A stretch of 64,000 bases of DNA, taken from contig JBJOQO010000006.1 of assembly GCA_046049865.1 (NCBI GenBank), positions 521 through 64,520 of the forward strand, written 5' to 3'. A model generated the notes under the pieces. It searched no databases. It was not told the origin of the DNA and saw only the letters and a list, made by a program, of their open reading frames with translations. Position numbers and translations under genes: made by a program. The stretch is from Pseudomonadota bacterium (GTDB taxonomy: Bacteria > Pseudomonadota > Gammaproteobacteria > Burkholderiales > Burkholderiaceae_C). Positions 1-9,023 of this stretch are shown in pieces. The first letter of the stretch is position 1; each line of letters begins with the position of its first letter.

Positions 1-857
1 AAACGTTGCGCTGAAAACCGCTTGAGTAACTTGCCCAGCAACCAGCCTTGCACCAGCACCGACACCACGCCCACCGCCGCCAAAGACCAGCCGTTTTCTT
101 GTGGCCCCCAGCCGAACTTGAAGCTCGTGTAGAGCACCCAGGTGTTGTAGAGCACACCCTGCGCAAAGCCAGTGAACACCACCACCAGAACCAGTTTGCC
201 TATGCCTTTGAGTTCAGTGAGGGCTTTGAGTGCAGTGATCGGGTTGGCGGCTTTCCAACTGAAAGCACGCCGTTTTTCCAACGGCAAGGACTCGGGCAAG
301 ACGAAATAACCGTAAACCAAATTCACCAGAGCCAAACTGCCGGCCACAAAAAATGGCAGTTGCAAATTGATGCTGCCCAGCAACCCACCAAAGGCCGGGC
401 CCAGGATGAACCCAAGGCCGAACATGGCCCCGATCAAACCAAAACGTTTGGCGCGGTCTTCAGGCGCCGTGATGTCGGCCACATAAGCATTGGCCACCGC
501 CGCATTGGCTTGCATCGCGCCGCCCACCAAGCGCACGGCCACCAGCACCCACAAGGCCGTAGCCAAGGCAGTTGCAAAGAAGTTGAGTGCCAGACCACAA
601 AAACCCAGCAGCAGCACCGGGCGGCGGCCAAAGCGGTCGGACAACGCACCAAGCAAGGGTGAGCCAAAAAAGTTGGCAATGCCAAAGGCAAACATCACCG
701 CCGCAAACCAAAAGGCCTGGGCGTCTTTGGAGTCGGTGAAGCTGCCCACCAAGGCGGGCAGCACCGGCACCATGATGCCGATGGCCAGCATATCGATCAG
801 CACCGTGATCATGATGAAGACCATGGCGGGCTGCCGACCGGACGACGGTGGGGTCAC
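1..857 (-). CDS. MFS transporter, TetA/TCR-like (DHA1 type); C-terminal part runs off the window
   Basis: Absent from the ORF track because the window edge truncates it. Reverse translation from ATG 824 (or in-frame GTG 857) reads MVFIMITVLIDMLAIGIMVPVLP...GALSDRFGRRPVLLLG (MFS motif A)...VRLVGGAMQAN...FGLGFILGPAFGG. It is hydrophobic throughout with no stop down to position 1. Confidence 0.75.
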   Translation of the reverse strand, partial: MTPPSSGRQPAMVFIMITVLIDMLAIGIMVPVLPALVGSFTDSKDAQAFWFAAVMFAFGIANFFGSPLLGALSDRFGRRPVLLLGFCGLALNFFATALATALWVLVAVRLVGGAMQANAAVANAYVADITAPEDRAKRFGLIGAMFGLGFILGPAFGGLLGSINLQLPFFVAGSLALVNLVYGYFVLPESLPLEKRRAFSWKAANPITALKALTELKGIGKLVLVVVFTGFAQGVLYNTWVLYTSFKFGWGPQENGWSLAAVGVVSVLVQGWLLGKLLKRFSAQR

Positions 858-919
858 TGCTGGCGACAAGGGGGCCGCCGAAGCGGCAACCGAGTGGGAG
901 GCATCAGACAAAAACCACC

Positions 920-2416
<1,497 letters not shown>

Positions 2417-2570
2417 TTATACGGAAGGCCGTGACTCAGGGCTGCACCGACGGCAGAACGCACAGGTCACCTCAAGAAACCAAACCGCTGTCGCCGCCCC
2501 AACCAAAACCCTCCCCCGAACCCGTCCGCGCCGTTAAACTGGCCGCCTGACTGACTTTCAGGATGCCGCC

Positions 2571-3074
2571 ATGTCTCGTTTCGGCCCCGTGTTGTTGACC
2601 GTTGCACTTTGCGCTTTGAGCGCACTGCCCGCCATGGCGCAGTGGAAGTGGAAAGACGCGAACGGCAGCGTGCAGTACAGCGATTCACCACCGCCCTCCA
2701 ACGTGAAGGAAGCTGACATCCTGCAGCGCCCCAACGCGGCACGGCGCGCCTCCGTGCCTGCCACCTCGGCAGCGCCAGCACCTGCGGCCAGCGCGCCAGC
2801 AACGTCCGCAGCGCCCAAGGTCGACAAAGAATTGGAAGATCGCAAGAAAAAACAAGACGAACTGGAAGCCGCCAAGAAAAAAGAAATTGAACAAAAGAAC
2901 GCCGCTGCTCGAAAAGAAAACTGCACCCAAGCCCGCAACTACATGAAGTCCTTGGAAGACGGCATGCGCATCTCGCGCACCACCTCCACCGGCGAGCGGG
3001 AAATTTTGGATGACACTGGCCGCGCCGCTGAAGTCAAACGCACCCAAGCCATCATCAAGAGCGACTGCAAATAA
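2571..3074 (+). CDS. DUF4124 domain-containing secreted protein
   Basis: Signal peptide (..ALSALPAMA), then WKWKDANGSVQYSDSPPP, which I recall as the DUF4124 signature. An Ala/Pro-rich and Lys/Glu-rich linker follows, and the protein ends in a Cys. Confidence 0.7.
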   Translation: MSRFGPVLLTVALCALSALPAMAQWKWKDANGSVQYSDSPPPSNVKEADILQRPNAARRASVPATSAAPAPAASAPATSAAPKVDKELEDRKKKQDELEAAKKKEIEQKNAAARKENCTQARNYMKSLEDGMRISRTTSTGEREILDDTGRAAEVKRTQAIIKSDCK

Positions 3075-3094
3075 GCCGCTTGTCTTGGACTCAG

Positions 3095-3123
3095 AAAAAA
3101 AGGCAGCTCAGCGCTGCCTTTTT
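3095..3123. terminator. bidirectional intrinsic terminator between the DUF4124 gene and rnfH
   Basis: A-run 3095-3101, stem GGCAGC (3102-3107) / GCTGCC (3113-3118), T-run 3119-3123. The rnfH stop codon lies in the loop. Confidence 0.7.
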
Positions 3124-3449
3124 CTTTTGGCAGCCACCTCTTCGGCGGCTTTGATACGGGCCTTGTGGTCGGCATAACGCTCGCGTCGCGCTTGTTTGGG
3201 ATCCACACGCAGACCTCGGTAAATCTCCACTCGGTCTTTGTCGCGCAGCACATGGTCAGGTGCTTGCAACTTGCCCCAAACACCCACTGCGGGTTTTTCG
3301 GCTTCTTGTTCTTGAGCCCACCAACCGCAGCGCTGCAAAGCGTGCAACACCGTGCTGCCCGCAGGCAGCGTCAAGGTCAGCAGTTCTACCTGGCGCGGTG
3401 CCAAGCTGCGCACCACAGTGACTTCAATGACGGCGTCAGCGGGGGCCAT
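3108..3449 (-). CDS. rnfH: RnfH family ubiquitin-like protein (UPF0125)
   Basis: IEVTVVRSLAPRQVELLTLTLPAGSTV...VGVWGKL...DRVEIYRGL. Start re-set to ATG 3449 ([10 protein letters not shown]), which overlaps the ratA stop by 14 nt. The ratA-rnfH pair next to smpB matches E. coli. Confidence 0.85.
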   Translation of the reverse strand: MAPADAVIEVTVVRSLAPRQVELLTLTLPAGSTVLHALQRCGWWAQEQEAEKPAVGVWGKLQAPDHVLRDKDRVEIYRGLRVDPKQARRERYADHKARIKAAEEVAAKRKRQR

Positions 3450-3891
3450 AGACCTGCTCGGCGCGAGCCACAAAAGAATCCACAAAGGTATTGGCGATGC
3501 GGTCGAACACCGGGCTGACCACGAGCTCCAGTGCACGGCTGCTGAAGGCGTATCGCAAGTTGAACTCAATCTTGCAGGCACTGCCCTCGTCGCCGCCGGG
3601 CAAGGTCAGTGGTGAAAAGCCCCAAGTACCGTCCAACACAGAAAACGGGCCATCCACCAGAGATACCGCCACCTGCCGGTGAGCGTCGTGCACGTTGCGG
3701 GTGGTGAAGCTGTGGCGCACACCCGCATAAGCCAAGTGCAAACGAGCGGTGACGCCATCACTGTGTTGTTCCAGCACCTCTGCGCGTTCGCACCAAGGAA
3801 GGAACTGCGGATAGTCCTGCACAGCCATCACCAAGTCCGCCATTTCCTGGGGCGAATACCAAAGAAGAACTGATTTTTTGACGTGCTTCAT
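3436..3891 (-). CDS. ratA: SRPBCC-fold RatA / ubiquinone-binding (CoQ10-like) protein
   Basis: [29 protein letters not shown]... Start re-set to ATG 3891. Divergent from smpB, as in enterobacteria. Confidence 0.85.
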   Translation of the reverse strand: MKHVKKSVLLWYSPQEMADLVMAVQDYPQFLPWCERAEVLEQHSDGVTARLHLAYAGVRHSFTTRNVHDAHRQVAVSLVDGPFSVLDGTWGFSPLTLPGGDEGSACKIEFNLRYAFSSRALELVVSPVFDRIANTFVDSFVARAEQVYGPR

Positions 3892-3938
3892 ACAATGGCG
3901 GGATTGTAGAGAGGGCGCACGCTCTCCACGTGCCACAC

Positions 3939-4418
3939 ATGACCAAAGAAGAAACCGCCAAACCCATTGCCGAAAACCGCCGCGCCCGGTTCGATTACCA
4001 CATCAGCGAAAGATATGAAGCCGGCGTGGTGCTGGTCGGCTGGGAGATCAAGGCCGTGCGCGCCGGGCAGGTGCAGTTGACTGACGGTTATGTGGTGGTC
4101 AAGGGTGGTGAGCTTTTCCTGATTGGCTGCCGCATCAACGCCCTGCGCAGCGCCTCCACCCACGTCAACCCGGAAGCCGACCGCACCCGCAAACTCTTGA
4201 TGCACAAAGAAGAGATCAAGCGGCTGATCGGCAAGGTAGAGCAAAAAGGCTTCACCCTGGTGCCGCTGGACCTGCACTACAAAGGCGGCCGCGTCAAAGC
4301 CGAAATCGGCTTGGCCAAGGGCAAGGCCGAGCATGACAAACGCGATTCAGAAAAACAAAAAGACTGGGACCGCGAGCATGCGCGGTTGATGCGGCATAAG
4401 GTGTCGTCTAAGGCTTGA
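3939..4418 (+). CDS. smpB: SsrA-binding protein
   Basis: [38 protein letters not shown] is near-canonical SmpB. ATG 3939 is preferred over the track's GTG 3930. Confidence 0.95.
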   Translation: MTKEETAKPIAENRRARFDYHISERYEAGVVLVGWEIKAVRAGQVQLTDGYVVVKGGELFLIGCRINALRSASTHVNPEADRTRKLLMHKEEIKRLIGKVEQKGFTLVPLDLHYKGGRVKAEIGLAKGKAEHDKRDSEKQKDWDREHARLMRHKVSSKA

Positions 4419-4440
4419 GCACGAATCGGCTCGGCTTCGG

Positions 4441-4746
4441 TCAAACCGAGCCACGCACCGTGGCCGGTGCCGCGTGCAACTGAAGACCCAGCGCGGCAAT
4501 CACTTTCAAAATGGTGGCGAACTCCGGGTTGCCCGTGGGCGAAAGCGCTTTGTACAAACTCTCGCGCCCCAGGCCCGCATCCCGAGCCACTTGCGTCATG
4601 CCCTTGGCGCGGGCAATGTCGCCCAAAGCAGCCGCCACCAAGGCGGGGTCGGCCTCTTCAAGCGCCGCTTCAAGATACGCCACCATGTCTTCCTCGGTAG
4701 AGAGGTGATCGGCGGGATCCCATGGGGTGGTCACTGTTTTGGTCAT
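4441..4746 (-). CDS. addiction-module antidote protein (HigA-like HTH antitoxin)
   Basis: 101 aa. DPADHLSTEEDMVAYLEAALEEADPALVAAALGDIARAKGMTQVARDAGLGRESLYKALS matches my recollection of the TIGR02684-type antidote family. Confidence 0.85.
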   Translation of the reverse strand: MTKTVTTPWDPADHLSTEEDMVAYLEAALEEADPALVAAALGDIARAKGMTQVARDAGLGRESLYKALSPTGNPEFATILKVIAALGLQLHAAPATVRGSV

Positions 4747-4756
4747 GATTCAACTC

Positions 4757-5047
4757 CTAAAGTTCGCGCGCAAGCGCCTTGGCTTTGGTGATGTCCTTGG
4801 CTTGGGACGACTTGTCACCACCAGCCAACAACACGACAAACACATCCGCCTTCTGAGTGAAATAAACGCGATAGCCGGGACCGCAGTCCACCCGCAGTTC
4901 AGAAACACCCTCACCCACTGGCTTCACATCACCCGGGTTGCCTAGCGACAACCGCCTGATTCGAATGTCAATACGTGCTTTGGCAACGCGGTCTCGAAGG
5001 CTTGAGAACCAGTCCGAGTAGGCGGCGGTTTGGCGAACTTCAAGCAT
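4757..5047 (-). CDS. addiction-module killer protein (RelE/HigB superfamily toxin)
   Basis: 96 aa. RLSLGNPGDVKPVGEGVSELRVDCGPGYRVYF...VVLLAGGDKSSQAKDI matches my recollection of the TIGR02683-type killer family. Toxin-first order, with a 10-nt gap to the antitoxin. Confidence 0.85.
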   Translation of the reverse strand: MLEVRQTAAYSDWFSSLRDRVAKARIDIRIRRLSLGNPGDVKPVGEGVSELRVDCGPGYRVYFTQKADVFVVLLAGGDKSSQAKDITKAKALAREL

Positions 5048-5075
5048 GCGGAGAATGTATCACATGGGATACATT

Positions 5076-6263
5076 TCAAACAAGCCGGAATAACGCCCGC
5101 TCACAATCCGCCACCAAATCCCCCACCGCCTCCAGCCCCACTGAAAACCGCACCAAGGTGCCACGCCAAGCGGGTTGGTCGCGCATCAAACACAGGTCGT
5201 AAGGCATCACCAGGCTGATCGGCCCGGCCCATGAAAAGCCAATCTTGAAGAGTTGCAGTGCGTCGACGAAGGCGTCCACTTGGGCCACGCTGTAACGCTC
5301 ATCGAACACCACCGAGAACAGCCCCGCCGCTTGCGTACACAAGGCGGCCCAGTTGGCATGGCCCGGTGATGTGGGCCATGCCGGGTGCAGTACAGCGGCC
5401 ACTTCAGGGCGCTTGGCCCACCAGGCTGCCAAGGTGCGCGCCGCAGCATCATGGGCGGCGTAACGCAATCCAACGCTGGGCAAGGAGCGCAGCAGGAGCT
5501 CCACATCGTTGCCACCCACGCCAAAACCCAGCCGCATGTGGGTGGCAGCCAATCGCAGCCGCAGGTCCTCATTGACCGTGGTGACCGACCCCATCAACAC
5601 ATCGCCGCCGCCCGAAGGGTATTTGGTAAGGGCTTGCATGGAAACGTCCACACCGAGACCGTCGCCCAGCTGAAAGGGATTGAAGGCCACGCCCGCGCCC
5701 CAGGTGTTGTCGATGGCGGTGAGCACGCCGTGGTCGCGGCAGATTCGCACGAGCGCTGGCACGTCAGGAAACTCCATGGTGACCGAACCTGCAGCCTCCA
5801 ACCACACCAAACGGCTCTTGGGGCCCAGCAGCTGACTCAGGCATTGCGGCTGCATGGGGTCGTAGAACTGGGTGGTGATGCCCCAGCCCGCCAATTCGTT
5901 TTGGGCCAAGGCTTTGTTGGGGCCATAGGCATTGGTGGGAATCAACACCTCGTCGCCGGCTTGAAGCAAAGCAAAGTTGACGAGGGCGATGGCGGCCAAG
6001 CCGCTGGGCGCGAGCAGCGTATCCCGCCCCCCTTCCAGTGAGGCGATACGCGCCTCCAGCGTGAAGCTGGTGGGCGTACCGTGCAGGCCGTAGGTGTAGC
6101 CGGTTTTGTCTTTCCACTGGCGGGCCTTGAGCGCCGCAGTGTTTTCAAAAATCACCGTCGAGGCTTTGTGCACGCCGGGGTTGACCGCCTGAAAACCCTC
6201 TGGGGGTTGATAGGGGTGGTGGATGAGGGAGGTGCTGGGCGCTAACGGTTTGGAATCGCTCAT
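5076..6263 (-). CDS. metC: cystathionine beta-lyase (PLP-dependent Cys/Met metabolism family)
   Basis: SLIHHPYQPPEGF N-terminus and the PLP-lysine context SMQALTKYPSGGGD. ATG 6263 (MSDSKP) is preferred to the track's TTG 6290. Confidence 0.8.
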   Translation of the reverse strand: MSDSKPLAPSTSLIHHPYQPPEGFQAVNPGVHKASTVIFENTAALKARQWKDKTGYTYGLHGTPTSFTLEARIASLEGGRDTLLAPSGLAAIALVNFALLQAGDEVLIPTNAYGPNKALAQNELAGWGITTQFYDPMQPQCLSQLLGPKSRLVWLEAAGSVTMEFPDVPALVRICRDHGVLTAIDNTWGAGVAFNPFQLGDGLGVDVSMQALTKYPSGGGDVLMGSVTTVNEDLRLRLAATHMRLGFGVGGNDVELLLRSLPSVGLRYAAHDAAARTLAAWWAKRPEVAAVLHPAWPTSPGHANWAALCTQAAGLFSVVFDERYSVAQVDAFVDALQLFKIGFSWAGPISLVMPYDLCLMRDQPAWRGTLVRFSVGLEAVGDLVADCERALFRLV

Positions 6264-6286
6264 GTCTCGCCCGCTTTTTGGATCGA

Positions 6287-7696
6287 TCAAATCGGCTGCG
6301 CGATCAAATCATGGCCACGCGTCTCAAGGATGCGGGCCTTGGTGAACTCACCCACCTTCAAGGTTTTGGAGGCTTTCTCCGGCGGCATCAAGTGCACCAC
6401 GCCGTCGATTTCCGGGGCATCGGCGTAAGAACGCCCCACCCCACCCTTGCGACCCAAGGCGGGGGCGGAGTCCACCAGCACTTGCATGGTGGCGCCGATG
6501 CGTTGGCGCAGCTTGGCGGTGGAAATTTCTTCGGCCACCGCCATGAAACGGGCGCGGCGCTCTTCACGCAATTCGGCAGGCACTGCGCCTTCCAACGCGT
6601 TCGCGGTGGCACCCTCAACGGGCGAGTAGGCGAAACAACCCGCGCGGTCGATCTGGGCTTCGCGCATGAAGTCGAGCAGGTACTCAAACTCGCTTTCCGT
6701 CTCCCCCGGAAAGCCCGCAATGAAGGTGCTGCGGACCACGATTTGCGGACACACCTCGCGCCAGCGCAAGAGACGCTCCATGTTGCGCTCGCCGCTGGCC
6801 GGGCGTTTCATGCGTTTGAGCACATCGGGATGGGCGTGTTGCAACGGCACATCCAGGTAGGGCAAGATTTTTCCTTCGGCCATCAAGGGCAGCAGCTCGT
6901 CTACATGCGGGTAGGGGTAAACGTAATGCAAACGCACCCACGCGCCATGTAACGCAGCCAAATCACCCAATTTTTCGCACAAATCAAGCATGCGGGTTTT
7001 GACGGGTTTGCCGTCCCAAAAACCGGTGCGGTACTTCACGTCCACGCCATAGGCGCTGGTGTCTTGGCTGATGACCAAGAGCTCTTTCACACCCGATTCA
7101 AACAAGCGCTGCGCCTCACCGAGCACATCACCAATCGGACGCGACACCAAATCGCCACGCATGCTGGGGATGATGCAAAAGGTGCAGCGGTGGTTGCAGC
7201 CTTCGCTGATCTTCAGGTAGGCATAGTGTTTGGGCGTGAGCTTGATGCCCACCTTGGAAAACGCCGGAGGCACCAAATCGACAAACGGATCATGCGGCTT
7301 GGGCACATGCAAATGCACCGCATCCATCACCTCTTGGGTGGCGTGGGGGCCCGTCACGGCCAACACGCTGGGGTGCATTTGTTTCACCAAATTTCCCCCA
7401 CTGTCCCCCGCTTTGGCCCCCAAACAACCGGTGACGATGACCTTGCCGTTGGCCGCCAAGGCTTCGCCTATGGTGTCCAGGCTCTCTTTCACCGCATCGT
7501 CAATGAAACCGCAGGTATTGACGATGACGAGGTCCGCCCCAGCAAAGGTTTTGCTGGTTTGGTAGCCCTCGGCACTGAGCTGGGTCAGGATGAGTTCGGA
7601 GTCGGTGAGGGCTTTGGGGCAGCCCAGGGAGACGAATCCAATCTTGGGGGCGGTGCCTGCTGGAGCGGCAGTGTCGAGAGTGTGGTTTGCAGTCAT
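6287..7696 (-). CDS. rimO: ribosomal protein S12 methylthiotransferase
   Basis: MTTase N-domain [16 protein letters not shown], radical-SAM [12 protein letters not shown]-terminal TRAM domain. ATG 7696 (MTANHTL) is preferred to the track's TTG 7723. Confidence 0.93.
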   Translation of the reverse strand: MTANHTLDTAAPAGTAPKIGFVSLGCPKALTDSELILTQLSAEGYQTSKTFAGADLVIVNTCGFIDDAVKESLDTIGEALAANGKVIVTGCLGAKAGDSGGNLVKQMHPSVLAVTGPHATQEVMDAVHLHVPKPHDPFVDLVPPAFSKVGIKLTPKHYAYLKISEGCNHRCTFCIIPSMRGDLVSRPIGDVLGEAQRLFESGVKELLVISQDTSAYGVDVKYRTGFWDGKPVKTRMLDLCEKLGDLAALHGAWVRLHYVYPYPHVDELLPLMAEGKILPYLDVPLQHAHPDVLKRMKRPASGERNMERLLRWREVCPQIVVRSTFIAGFPGETESEFEYLLDFMREAQIDRAGCFAYSPVEGATANALEGAVPAELREERRARFMAVAEEISTAKLRQRIGATMQVLVDSAPALGRKGGVGRSYADAPEIDGVVHLMPPEKASKTLKVGEFTKARILETRGHDLIAQPI

Positions 7697-7700
7697 CGTA

Positions 7701-7720
7701 GGATTTTCGCTGATTGGCGA
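7701..7720. repeat. proximal copy of a perfect 20-bp direct repeat (rimO leader core)
   Basis: GGATTTTCGCTGATTGGCGA at 7701-7720 is identical to 8834-8853. On the minus strand each copy lies 4 nt upstream of an ATG. Confidence 0.9.
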
Positions 7721-8002
7721 CAAGGATGGGGATCACGAGACCTGCTTCCTCTAGAGCCGAGACGAACCCACTGTGAACTTGGAGGCGTTTTCCTAGATCC
7801 CCCGCACCATGAAGCCCTGTCGGTGACGGTGGATAGCAAGGCTGCAGGTCTGGCGATCGTGACATAGGACGCCTCGGCGATTGCCGCTGGCAACCAGGTG
7901 GAACGCGAGCCTAGGCCGTAGCCATCAGCCACTACGGGGTCCAACTCTATGGCAAAAGCTTTCTCAGGATGCAGGCACGGCGATCGCTCCAAACGATATG
8001 CC

Positions 8003-8719
8003 TCAGGTTGATGAAGAGCCCGCTCCAGCGAGGTTTTGCGATGTTGGGGCGATAGGTTCGCCACCCAGCAAGATCCGAAAGTCATTCTCAAGCGCACGTC
8101 TCAAAGCAGGCACTTGCTGTTGAATCATCTCGGCACCATCCTTCCACGCATCATGCTTGAGCCGCCTCGCATGTTCTGGCAGGTTGTCTTCATCATGCTT
8201 TGTCCACGTACCAAAACCGACAACACCCTTCCGGATTTCCAGCATCAAGGTCTCAATCTGATCACAAACATTGAGGGGGAAGTAAGGACGGTGTTTGTCG
8301 AAAAACTGATGACTGCTGGCAACCGATTCGCTTACCGCGTTCCACCGATCTCCTTCGGTTCGGCCATCCCCCAGTCTCGCAACCGACAAAAAAATGCCGG
8401 CGGACCAGGTCAGCTCAGCTAAGTGCGAGTTCATTTCGGCAATGACAGAGGCTCGCCTTTCTTGAAGGCTTGACTTCAAGATTTGAAATTCGATCGCTCG
8501 CAGTTGCAGCTCGCTTTTAACAGTCTCGATCGCGTGTCCCGATTGAACATCAAGCCGCGCTTGGTAGTCCTTGGCATCTCGTTCCAGCCGCGCCTTAAAT
8601 TCAACACGATCACGTTCCAACGAGTTTTCAATGAGTGCCTTCGCAAGGTAGCCCAATGCCGTTACCACGACCGCATTTCCCACCACGGCAGCCAGCAGCA
8701 CTTCCCAGAGTGACGACAT
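8003..8719 (-). CDS. hypothetical membrane-anchored coiled-coil protein (cargo of the rimO-leader insert)
   Basis: 238 aa. One N-terminal TM helix (LWEVLLAAVVGNAVVVTALGYLA), then a charged heptad-like region (ERDRVEFKARLERDAKDYQARLD..), then a C-terminal domain I do not recognise. GGAGAG lies just upstream of the ATG. Looks A/T-richer than its neighbours. Confidence 0.6.
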   Translation of the reverse strand: MSSLWEVLLAAVVGNAVVVTALGYLAKALIENSLERDRVEFKARLERDAKDYQARLDVQSGHAIETVKSELQLRAIEFQILKSSLQERRASVIAEMNSHLAELTWSAGIFLSVARLGDGRTEGDRWNAVSESVASSHQFFDKHRPYFPLNVCDQIETLMLEIRKGVVGFGTWTKHDEDNLPEHARRLKHDAWKDGAEMIQQQVPALRRALENDFRILLGGEPIAPTSQNLAGAGSSST

Positions 8720-8736
8720 TGAGCTCTCCGAATAAA

Positions 8737-8829
8737 TTAACTATCGTTTGTGGAATCCAAAGAGCCAAAACCATCTTTGGGCGGGGTGCTGGCGGACGCT
8801 TGGGCGTCGGGGGTGAGGTGTGCGGTCAT
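8737..8829 (-). pseudogene. decayed second copy of the rimO 5' end
   Basis: Minus-strand ATG 8829 reads MTAHLTPDAQASASTPPKDGFGSLDSTNDS*. This aligns with the functional rimO N-terminus [33 protein letters not shown]. It is preceded by the same 20-nt leader. Confidence 0.75.
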
Positions 8830-8833
8830 CGGG

Positions 8834-8853
8834 GGATTTTCGCTGATTGGCGA
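8834..8853. repeat. distal copy of the perfect 20-bp direct repeat
   Basis: GGATTTTCGCTGATTGGCGA, identical to 7701-7720. The copies are 1133 bp apart. Confidence 0.9.
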
Positions 8854-8910
8854 TGAATTCATTCCATCGGTTGAGATTCAACGCTTCGCGCTTGGGGCCA
8901 GCCTCCGGTC

Positions 8911-8988
8911 GCCCTCACCCCAACCCTCTCCCAGAGGGAGAGGGGGTATTGACTCCCTCTCCCTCTGGGAGAGGGTTGGGGTGAGGGC
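8911..8988. repeat. REP-like nested palindromic element, copy 1
   Basis: GCCCTCACCCCAACCCTCTCCCAGAGGGAGAGGG ... CCCTCTCCCTCTGGGAGAGGGTTGGGGTGAGGGC. The outer arms are mutually complementary and each half is itself a hairpin. Lies just downstream of the parC stop. Confidence 0.9.
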
Positions 8989-9023
8989 TACGCAGGGCAG
9001 CGAAACCCCGTAATTTTCTGCAT

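Noticed and set aside
3892-5075. tmRNA (ssrA), a tRNA gene, or an integrase-bearing island next to smpB
   Set aside because: I looked for a tRNA-like acceptor/T-arm and for an integrase ORF around smpB and in the other intergenic regions. None was recognisable, and only the two-gene toxin-antitoxin module is present. This was done by eye, so tRNAscan/ARAGORN should confirm it.
7693-8097. 134-aa minus-strand ORF (and the 7881-8123 plus-strand ORF) in the unassigned ~280 bp of the rimO-leader insert
   Set aside because: It overlaps both the 3' end of ORF 8003-8719 and the rimO start, and has no recognisable motif or RBS. It may be debris of a decayed gene, but I cannot support a call.
8750-9013. 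ORFs reading through the REP elements (8750-9013, the tail of 10599-11477, and 52021-52407), encoding ..SPSPQPSP..GEG.. peptides
   Set aside because: The peptide similarity comes from translating the same palindromic repeat. Each is intergenic with no coding context.
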